Assembly: GCA_039821645.1 (NCBI GenBank)
Contig: JBCBNU010000008.1
Span: forward strand, 1,576 to 65,575
Reading direction: 5' to 3'
Length of the DNA: 64,000 nucleotides
Origin: Pseudomonadota bacterium
GTDB taxonomy: Bacteria > Pseudomonadota > Gammaproteobacteria > Steroidobacterales > Woeseiaceae
In this document: piece by piece, positions 16,742-23,976 of the stretch
How positions within the stretch are numbered: the first letter of the stretch is position 1
Layout: every line of letters begins with the position of its first letter
Position numbers and translations under genes: made by a program
The notes under the pieces: model-generated
The model's database searches: none
The model's input: the letters and a program-made list of their open reading frames with translations, nothing else
Told to the model about the DNA's origin: nothing

Positions 16742-17620
16742 TCAGGCGGCCGTTGATCCCATCGCCTGCGCCACTTCGTCGGTCCACGCCGTCACAGCGG
16801 AGATCGTCTCGGGTAGTGCATCAAATTGCACCCCATGCTCACCGGGAACGATGGTATGCGATTTGGGGGTCCCTTTGACGTGACGCCATGCACGCAAATG
16901 CTTTTCGTTGTCGGACAGCCGATCCTGTTCGGCCAACACCATGAGCGTCGGCAAGCGCAGTTTTGCCCAACGCGGGCCGAGCATGCGGTTCATATCAACC
17001 AGGCACTGATTGAAACGCGGTGAAACCTCACACGTTCGAAGTGGATCCGGAATGATGAAGTTCTCATAGGCAGGGCCGCGAGTGAACCGATCGATCGGCA
17101 CGTGCGGCTCGTATTGCGCCTCGCCGGAATCCCCAACCACTAAATCGGCACCGCCGATGTCATCTGCCGGAAAAATCGACGGGGCGATCATCAGAAACGA
17201 CGCAACCCCTGCGGCATCGCGCGACAACGCATTGAGCGCGTACGTCGCCCCCCAGCAAAACCCGCCGAGGTGGGTGGTCAGTGTGTCGGAGGCATAGTGG
17301 TGTCGCACCGCATCAACATCGTCGAGCAGCTGCGCGGTCGATGGCGCATCGCCACTCGCCGACGTGCTGAGCCCGGCTCCGCGACGGTCCACCGCAAGCA
17401 CAGCAACACCTTGCTCCGCCAAGCCCTGGCCTAAAGTCTCGAGCCACCCGGAATGACTGACCACGCCGTGTAGCAAGATAATCTGATGTGCATATGGGCG
17501 ATTCGGCACATAGCGCCGCACCGGCAATGATTCACCATCAGAGGAAATGACAGATTCGAGCAGCTTCTCGGTCATGCGCTGTAGTCTACCCAAAACCGCG
17601 ATGGTTCGATCCCGATGCAT
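16742..17620 (-). CDS. Alpha/beta-fold hydrolase with a Cys in the nucleophile elbow (GFCWG)
   Basis: The oxyanion region is ILLHGVVSHSGW. The nucleophile elbow reads HLGGFCWGATYAL (GxCxG, as in dienelactone hydrolase and PhaC, not GxSxG). The C-terminus contains PGEHG. Confidence 0.75.
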   Translation of the reverse strand: MHRDRTIAVLGRLQRMTEKLLESVISSDGESLPVRRYVPNRPYAHQIILLHGVVSHSGWLETLGQGLAEQGVAVLAVDRRGAGLSTSASGDAPSTAQLLDDVDAVRHHYASDTLTTHLGGFCWGATYALNALSRDAAGVASFLMIAPSIFPADDIGGADLVVGDSGEAQYEPHVPIDRFTRGPAYENFIIPDPLRTCEVSPRFNQCLVDMNRMLGPRWAKLRLPTLMVLAEQDRLSDNEKHLRAWRHVKGTPKSHTIVPGEHGVQFDALPETISAVTAWTDEVAQAMGSTAA

Positions 17621-17686
17621 CCACTCTCAAGAACGTGACGAAGTTCACATAACTCGAATCACGTGGATCACCTTGGGAGCACCGTC

Positions 17687-18907
17687 ATGTCGGCGCCTAT
17701 CGATTTCGCCCAATCGCCTGCATTTGACCTGGCTGACCCGGATTTCCACACCTATGGGGATGTGGACCAGGTATTCCGCGACCTGCGCAGAACAGAGCCC
17801 GTCTATTGGCAGCGGGAAAAAGACGGTCCCGGGTTTTGGTCGATCACCAAGTACGACGACATCGTCGCAGTATCGAAAAATCCCAAGATCTTCAGCTCCG
17901 ATCTGGAGCGCGGTGGATTCCACATCGAGGACAGCCGCACCTTCGCCGTGAATACCGGCACCAATATGATCACCAGTGACCCGCCGCAACATAGCGCTTA
18001 CCGCAAGGCGGTCGCGCCAGCGTTTGCGCCTACCCGCGTGCGCGAGCTGGCAGCCACCATTCAAAACTCTGTGGCTGAAGTCATGCAGGCATTGGCGTCT
18101 CGCAGCACTTTCGATTTCGTTGATCTCGTATCGGCACCCGTCGCGATCGATGTCCTCGCACGCTTGCTAGGGGCCAGCAGGAACAAGCAAGACCTGATTC
18201 GCTGGTCCGATGAATTGGTGGGCTATGACGATCCAACGGTGCGCTCTTCGGAAGCGGAAATCACCGAGAGCCTGCGACGCATGTCCATGTTCGCCCTCGG
18301 GCTGCGGTTGAAGTACTCCAAGGCGCCAGAAGACACGATGATCTCGATGCTGGTAAACAGCAAGACGGATGCTGGTAAGCCGATGAACGTCAGCGATTTC
18401 ATCGCGACCTTTATCCTGCTGATCGTCGCGGGTAACGAGACCTCTCGGAATGCGATCTCCGGCGGCATGCTCGCCCTGTTCGAAAACGCGCCGCAAAAGC
18501 GATTGCTCAGCGAGCATCCCGAACTTGCCAATGCCGCCGCCAACGAGATCGTGCGCTGGGTGACACCCGTGATCTACATGCGACGCACCGCGACCGAAGA
18601 CGTCACGTTGCGAAACACACGGATCAAAGCGGGCGACAAAGTTGTGCTTTGGTACACCTCGGGTAATAGAGATGAGGATACCTTTGAGCGCCCTTACGAG
18701 TTTGATATCACCCGCCAGAAAGCAGCGCATCTCGGGTTCGGTAGCGGTACGCACTATTGCGTCGGTTCACGGGTCGCACGGATGCAGATCGGCATCCTGT
18801 TTACGTCGCTGTTGCAGCGCTACCCGAATATTCAACTCGCAGGTGACGTCGAGAAGCTGCGCTCCAACTTCATCAACGGCGTCAAACGGATGCCGGTCAG
18901 TGTGTGA
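17687..18907 (+). CDS. Cytochrome P450
   Basis: The haem-binding loop is HLGFGSGTHYCVGSRVA. The I-helix is LLIVAGNETSRNAI and the ExxR motif is EIVRW. The ATG at 17687 has GGGAG 7 nt upstream. Confidence 0.9.
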   Translation: MSAPIDFAQSPAFDLADPDFHTYGDVDQVFRDLRRTEPVYWQREKDGPGFWSITKYDDIVAVSKNPKIFSSDLERGGFHIEDSRTFAVNTGTNMITSDPPQHSAYRKAVAPAFAPTRVRELAATIQNSVAEVMQALASRSTFDFVDLVSAPVAIDVLARLLGASRNKQDLIRWSDELVGYDDPTVRSSEAEITESLRRMSMFALGLRLKYSKAPEDTMISMLVNSKTDAGKPMNVSDFIATFILLIVAGNETSRNAISGGMLALFENAPQKRLLSEHPELANAAANEIVRWVTPVIYMRRTATEDVTLRNTRIKAGDKVVLWYTSGNRDEDTFERPYEFDITRQKAAHLGFGSGTHYCVGSRVARMQIGILFTSLLQRYPNIQLAGDVEKLRSNFINGVKRMPVSV

Positions 18908-18916
18908 ATCGGTGGT

Positions 18917-19999
18917 CTAGACGTCGTTATCGATGAACGAGAGCACGACCTGATCGACCGACGCGCCTTCAACGTGTGACAGTCCCACCGTGACGAAGGC
19001 ACTGAACGAATCGCGCACCCGAAAATGCGCTCGCGCCAGTACAACGGCAGCCGCCGACTGGTGATCGGGAATCGTAAACGTCAGAGAGCGCCGTCTGCCT
19101 GCATGGCGTCGTGTCAGTTCATCAACGAGCGCGCGCAGCGCATCGTCGGTGGTGTAAGCCATGTCTCCCACGATGAGCGCATTGTTCACGCCCGAGCGAA
19201 GTGCGGCGAAGGCTGCCGCGCACCCATGCTGGTCTTCGACGGCAACGAGGTCATAGTGGTGGTTTGGGCTTTTCTTGATTCGCCAATCGACAAACTGCGC
19301 ATCGCGCCTGCCGATCTGCCAACCACCCGCGACCAGTGATTGCCAAAGTCCGTCCATGAATTCTGGTGTGTAATCGACTACTTGATATCCGCTGCGCCGG
19401 AACGAGGCCCGGAGCGCATAGAAGCTGCGCGATACGAGATTCAATGCGCCACCCACTGGAGTTGCGAGCGCACCTGGCAGCCTCGATTTCAGATAGGCGG
19501 TAAAGTCGAGCGGCAGCACATAAATATCGAGCGAGTAACCGAGTTTGTGGCCTCCGAAGGAACGAACCTTGCCCGAAAGCGGGTTTGGAAACCCGAAAAT
19601 GAAATCGGAGCGTTCCCGTGCGTACTGCAGAAAGTCTTTCTGGAACTTGAGCGCCGGGCCAAGGCTACGGTGCTCCGGTTCGACGGCAAAATCGCCGAAC
19701 ACTGACCCGATTGCACGCTCACCCGCCACAACAAATTCGCGCGGGCTGAGGCACACCACACCAACGTTCCGCTGCTCCGGCTTGTAACTCAGGAATAGCA
19801 CTGTGCCTGCGCCCGCCGGATTATCCCGGTAATACCAATCCAGCTTCTCGCGTTGCGGTGGATTATCGCCAGGCAGAAAACGCCACAGACGCAGGATATC
19901 GTCAGCATCACGCTCAAGATCGCCCTCTTGAATCTCGTAGAGGTCGCTGACTTTCGCGCTACGTGGCTTTTCTGCGGACTGCTGCTGCACGGCACTCAC
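18917..19999 (-). CDS. GNAT-like acyltransferase (two-domain, 360 aa)
   Basis: An acetyl-CoA motif-A-like segment is VEPEHRSLGPALKF (R-x-x-G-x-A). The assignment rests on this motif and the protein size only. Confidence 0.55.
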   Translation of the reverse strand: MSAVQQQSAEKPRSAKVSDLYEIQEGDLERDADDILRLWRFLPGDNPPQREKLDWYYRDNPAGAGTVLFLSYKPEQRNVGVVCLSPREFVVAGERAIGSVFGDFAVEPEHRSLGPALKFQKDFLQYARERSDFIFGFPNPLSGKVRSFGGHKLGYSLDIYVLPLDFTAYLKSRLPGALATPVGGALNLVSRSFYALRASFRRSGYQVVDYTPEFMDGLWQSLVAGGWQIGRRDAQFVDWRIKKSPNHHYDLVAVEDQHGCAAAFAALRSGVNNALIVGDMAYTTDDALRALVDELTRRHAGRRRSLTFTIPDHQSAAAVVLARAHFRVRDSFSAFVTVGLSHVEGASVDQVVLSFIDNDV

Positions 20000-20583
20000 T
20001 GGTTACCTAAACCCTCCCAGGGTTCGTAGAGTTCATTATTGACGCCCGCAAGGCTCATGACGCGACCGACGGTCTCGCGCACCATCGTCTCGATATCTGG
20101 CGGGTTCGAATAAAACGCCGGCACCGGAGGGTAAACAATACCACCCATCTCTGTCACCGCAGCCATGTTACGAATGTGTGCAAGATTCAGCGGCGTCTCG
20201 CGGGCCAGTAAAATGACGCGTCGCCGCTCCTTCAGCATCACATCGGCGGAACGCGTAATCAGCGACCCGCCGATGCCCTGTCCGATGCAGCCGAGTGTTT
20301 TCATGGAGCATGGCGCGACGATCATCGCGGTCGACGGAAAAGAGCCGCTCGCAATCGAAGCACCGACGTTGCGATCATCGTGCACCACATCGGCCGTTGC
20401 CTCGAGCTCGGATTTCTTCAGACCGGTCTCGGTGGTAACGGTGAGGTAACCCGCGGCGGATACGATCAGATGCGATTGCACGTTGGGCAGTTCGCGCAGC
20501 GCTCGAAGTAGGGTTACGCCATAGACGGATCCGGACGCACCGGAGATTCCGACAATGATCTTATGTTCACGCGGACTGGACAT
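19996..20583 (-). CDS. ubiX: UbiX/Pad1-family flavin prenyltransferase (prFMN synthase)
   Basis: The N-terminus is IIVGISGASGSVYGVTLLRAL, followed by MIVAPCSMKTLGCI. The 195-aa length is typical. Confidence 0.9.
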   Translation of the reverse strand: MSSPREHKIIVGISGASGSVYGVTLLRALRELPNVQSHLIVSAAGYLTVTTETGLKKSELEATADVVHDDRNVGASIASGSFPSTAMIVAPCSMKTLGCIGQGIGGSLITRSADVMLKERRRVILLARETPLNLAHIRNMAAVTEMGGIVYPPVPAFYSNPPDIETMVRETVGRVMSLAGVNNELYEPWEGLGNQ

Positions 20584-20702
20584 AAGTAGACAAAAGTCAC
20601 TGTTTTAGAAAAGAAAAACAAGAATAATCGGAATATTACAATCATTGCGTTGATTTTTCCGAGTAAAAACTCGACGATTTCCCGCCGGAAGGGAGTATTC
20701 AC

Positions 20703-23700
20703 GTGTTAGACATGAAATCAGTCTTGCGACAGGTTTGGGCGGGCGCCCTGATGGTGGTGATCGTCGGTACGCTGGCGGCTTGCTCGCCCTCAGGCGACGA
20801 CGAAGTGCAACTGCTGCCGATCGCGACGCCGGATACGGTCGGCCTTTCGCAGTCGGGTGCAGAATCCGCGATCCGCGGTGCGGGGCTTGAGGTCGGGACG
20901 GTCACCGTTGAGAGCAGCAACACCGTCGCCGCAGGCAGTGTGATTTCGCAGGACCCACTGGCTGGCACTGATTTGCCACAGGGTTCCACCGTCGATCTCA
21001 TCGTGTCGGGCGGCCCTGCCGACGTCCCGGTGCCCGACACCGCGGGCCTGAGCCAGGCTGAGGCCGAGGCCGCGATCGTGGCCGCCGGGTTTGTGGTCGG
21101 CACCGTGATCACAGAAGCGAGCGACACCGTCGCGCTCGGCGGTGTAATCCGGACGAGTCCACCCGCCTCCGACCTCCTAGCGCCTGGCAGCACCATCAAT
21201 TTGGTGGTCTCGGCCGGACCGAACAACACACCCGTTCCGAACGTCGCAGGGCTGAGCGAGGCCGATGCACGTGCAGCCATCCTTATGGCTGGGTTGACGA
21301 TCGGTAACGTTACGGGCGAAGCGAGCGACGTCGTGCCCGTCGGCAGTGTGATTCGCACCGACCCGCTCGTCGGCACAGAAATCACCGCAGGTGCACCCGT
21401 CGATATTATTGTCTCGCTGGGACCGGCCAATGTCGCGGTCCCCGATGTCACCAACCTCACCAGTGCTTCCGCCGCTCAAGCTCTGATTGATGCGGGGCTG
21501 ATCGTCGGAGACGTGACGTTCGCGGTCAGCGTCGATGTGCCGGCAGGCAGTATCATCAGCCAAGATCCGGCCGCAGCTGCGCTAGTCGCGGCAGGCACCG
21601 CGGTCAACCTTGTCGAATCACTCGGGCCCGATGCCGTTCCTGTTCCAGACATCGTGGGTCTGCAACAAGCCGATGCAGAGTCGGTGGTGACCACGGCCGG
21701 ACTTGCGGTCGGCAATATCGGTTTGCAGGTCTCGACGCTGGTGCCCGAAGGCGAGGTACTGAGTCAGTCGATTCCGCCTGGCACACAAGTGATTCCTGGC
21801 ACGACGCTCGACTTCGTGGTGTCTATCGGCGCACCGGTGACCGTACCGGATGTCACCGGCCTTAGCGAAGCTGACGCAAGCACCACACTCGTCGACGCGC
21901 GTCTGGTTGTCGGCAACGTCACGACACAAGAGGACTTGAACGTGCCTGCGGGCGATGTGATCTCTCAAAACCCCGCGGGGGGTGCGGTCGTCGATCCCCG
22001 CACAGCCGTTGACCTCGTCGTCTCGATTGGACCACCGACTACGGTCACACCGGGTGTCATCGGTCTCATGCAGATGGCCGCCGAACAGGCGGTTATCGAT
22101 GCACAACTGATCGTTGGGACGGTGACCCAACAACCATCGAACACTGTCGCTGCCGGTGTGGTTATCAGCCAGAGTCCAGCGGCCGGTGCCGTCTTGGTCG
22201 TCGGTAGTCCCGTTGATTTGGTCGTCTCCAGCGGTCCGCCGCAAGCGACTGTGCCGGACGTCGTTGGATTGACCGAGGCAGCCGCCGGCACCGCGCTTAA
22301 CAATGCAGGGCTCGTGACGGGCAACGTCACTCAGCAATCGTCGACCAGCGTCCCTGCCGGACAGGTCATCAGCCAGAACCCGGCAGCCGGATTGCAAGTG
22401 AACGCAGGCTCCGCGGTGGACCTTGTAGTGTCTTCAGGCCCGGCAAGCGTATCGGTACCGAATGTGGTGGGTCTCACTCAGGCCGCCGCCACCAGTACTA
22501 TTACCGGTGCCAACCTCGTGGTCGGCACCGTGAGTACGCAAACCTCCAACACGGTCGCCAACGGCGATATCATCAGCCAGAACCCGACGGGCGGTACCAC
22601 GGTCTCCGAAGGCAGCGCCGTTGATCTCGTTGTCTCCAGTGGCCCAGCAACGGTGTCCGTGCCGAACGTCGTTGGCCAATCGCAAGCCGCGGCCGAAGCA
22701 GCGATAACCGGGGCGAGTCTTGTGGTCGGCGTGGTTTCCAACGCCTCGTCAAACACCGTGGCGAGTGGTGATGTAATCAGCCAGAACCCGGCAGCCGGCA
22801 CGAACGTGACCGAAAACTCGGCGGTGAATATCGTCGTATCGACCGGCCCAGCCACCGCGTCGGTACCGAACGTCGTTGGCCTCTCTCAAGCGGCCGCGTC
22901 GAGCGCTATCACTGGAGCCAACCTGGTCGTTGGTAGCGTCACTACGCAGACGTCGAACACGGTCGCCAACGGCGATGTCATCAGCCAGAACCCGACGGGC
23001 GGTACCACAGTCTCCGAAGGCAGCGCTGTTGATCTCGTGGTGTCCAATGGCCCAGCAACCGTGTCCGTGCCGAACGTCGTGGGCCAATCGCAAGCGGCGG
23101 CCGAAGCGGCCATTACCGGGGCGAGTCTCGTGGTCGGTGTGGTCTCCAACGCCTCGTCGAACACCGTGGCGAGTGGCGATGTGATCAGCCAGGACCCGGC
23201 AGCCGGCGCGAACGTCGCCGAGAACTCGGCTGTGAATATTGTTGTATCGACCGGACCTGCGACGTCGAGTTTCACCGACGAGTTCAACGATGCGGCCTCG
23301 CTGTCCGACTGGTCGCTGCGCCACCAGGTTGAAGGCACGAACCAGCAATACAGCACGCTTGACATCGACACCTCGCGCGCTGGCTATCTCGTGTTGATTC
23401 CCTCGGTGCGATCGGGATGGTTTGCCTCCGGCAGAGCACCGCTCGTATTCAAGGAAATCACCGGCAACTTCGCTGTGCAGACTTATGTGGTTGCACGCAG
23501 CCTTGGCTCGGCGAGCGTAGCGCCTGCGAGCGAGTTCAACTCGGCCGGTCTACTCGCGCGGAATCCGGCTGGCGCAACAGGGCCTGAAAACTACATCATG
23601 GTGAACCTCGGCCGGCAGGATACCCGCATCGCGGGCAGTATCGGCAGCGAGGCCAAAACCACGGTGAACTCGTCCTCTACCCTGACGCTCGATGCTGCCG

Positions 23701-23936
23701 GGTTCGAGGGCGACATCCTGCTGTGCCGAGTGGGCAATGAGATGATCGCGTATCGCAGACTGGCAGCCGATCCGGATTGGGTGGAACTCGATCGCTATAC
23801 CCGCGCGGATTTACCCGCAACCTTGCAGGTCGGCCTCGTAGTCAACGCGTTCCAAATGCCAATCGACATTCGTGCCGAGTTCGACTACGTCCGCGAGCTG
23901 CCAACACCGAGCAACGACACGCAGTGCACGCCTTGA
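20703..23936 (+). CDS. Lipoprotein with 12 tandem PASTA domains and a C-terminal ConA-like/DUF1349-like domain
   Basis: The lipobox is VGTLAAC. Twelve ~68-aa repeats have the form VPxVVGLsqaeAeaaIxxAGLvVGxVtxxxSxtVaxGxViSQxPaaGtxvxxGsaVdLvVSxGP, which is the PASTA consensus. The last ~255 aa (FTDEFNDAASLSDWS...) form a non-repeat beta-sandwich-like domain. Confidence 0.85.
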   Translation: MLDMKSVLRQVWAGALMVVIVGTLAACSPSGDDEVQLLPIATPDTVGLSQSGAESAIRGAGLEVGTVTVESSNTVAAGSVISQDPLAGTDLPQGSTVDLIVSGGPADVPVPDTAGLSQAEAEAAIVAAGFVVGTVITEASDTVALGGVIRTSPPASDLLAPGSTINLVVSAGPNNTPVPNVAGLSEADARAAILMAGLTIGNVTGEASDVVPVGSVIRTDPLVGTEITAGAPVDIIVSLGPANVAVPDVTNLTSASAAQALIDAGLIVGDVTFAVSVDVPAGSIISQDPAAAALVAAGTAVNLVESLGPDAVPVPDIVGLQQADAESVVTTAGLAVGNIGLQVSTLVPEGEVLSQSIPPGTQVIPGTTLDFVVSIGAPVTVPDVTGLSEADASTTLVDARLVVGNVTTQEDLNVPAGDVISQNPAGGAVVDPRTAVDLVVSIGPPTTVTPGVIGLMQMAAEQAVIDAQLIVGTVTQQPSNTVAAGVVISQSPAAGAVLVVGSPVDLVVSSGPPQATVPDVVGLTEAAAGTALNNAGLVTGNVTQQSSTSVPAGQVISQNPAAGLQVNAGSAVDLVVSSGPASVSVPNVVGLTQAAATSTITGANLVVGTVSTQTSNTVANGDIISQNPTGGTTVSEGSAVDLVVSSGPATVSVPNVVGQSQAAAEAAITGASLVVGVVSNASSNTVASGDVISQNPAAGTNVTENSAVNIVVSTGPATASVPNVVGLSQAAASSAITGANLVVGSVTTQTSNTVANGDVISQNPTGGTTVSEGSAVDLVVSNGPATVSVPNVVGQSQAAAEAAITGASLVVGVVSNASSNTVASGDVISQDPAAGANVAENSAVNIVVSTGPATSSFTDEFNDAASLSDWSLRHQVEGTNQQYSTLDIDTSRAGYLVLIPSVRSGWFASGRAPLVFKEITGNFAVQTYVVARSLGSASVAPASEFNSAGLLARNPAGATGPENYIMVNLGRQDTRIAGSIGSEAKTTVNSSSTLTLDAAGFEGDILLCRVGNEMIAYRRLAADPDWVELDRYTRADLPATLQVGLVVNAFQMPIDIRAEFDYVRELPTPSNDTQCTP
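22449..23264 (+). repeat. Direct tandem duplication of a 408-bp two-PASTA unit inside the lipoprotein gene
   Basis: Copy A (22449-22856) and copy B (22857-23264) align base for base with no indels. By eye they are roughly 85-90% identical, with many third-position differences. The protein repeats 9-10 and 11-12 are nearly identical. Confidence 0.8.
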
Positions 23937-23945
23937 TCAGCGAAT

Positions 23946-23976
23946 GAGTCAGGCGGGTTAATCGCCCGCCTGACTC
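23946..23976. terminator. Perfect 12-bp GC-rich hairpin between convergent genes (GAGTCAGGCGGG-N7-CCCGCCTGACTC)
   Basis: Read directly from the sequence. The right arm encodes the last 6 codons (ESQAGD) of gene 23958-25964 and the loop contains its stop codon. There is no U-tract on either side. Confidence 0.45.

Noticed and set aside
20699-22397. 253-aa and 259-aa minus-strand ORFs (20699-21460 and 21618-22397), plus further minus-strand ORFs through 23371
   Set aside because: They lie opposite the PASTA-repeat gene. The repeat periodicity and GC bias keep the antisense frames open, and the translations are low-complexity (T/S/A/P or R/D/G).
20850-23270. Regular ~204-bp periodic repeats that could be mistaken for a CRISPR-like or satellite array
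   Set aside because: The repeats are in-frame protein domains (PASTA) within one long ORF. There are no short conserved direct repeats alternating with unique spacers.
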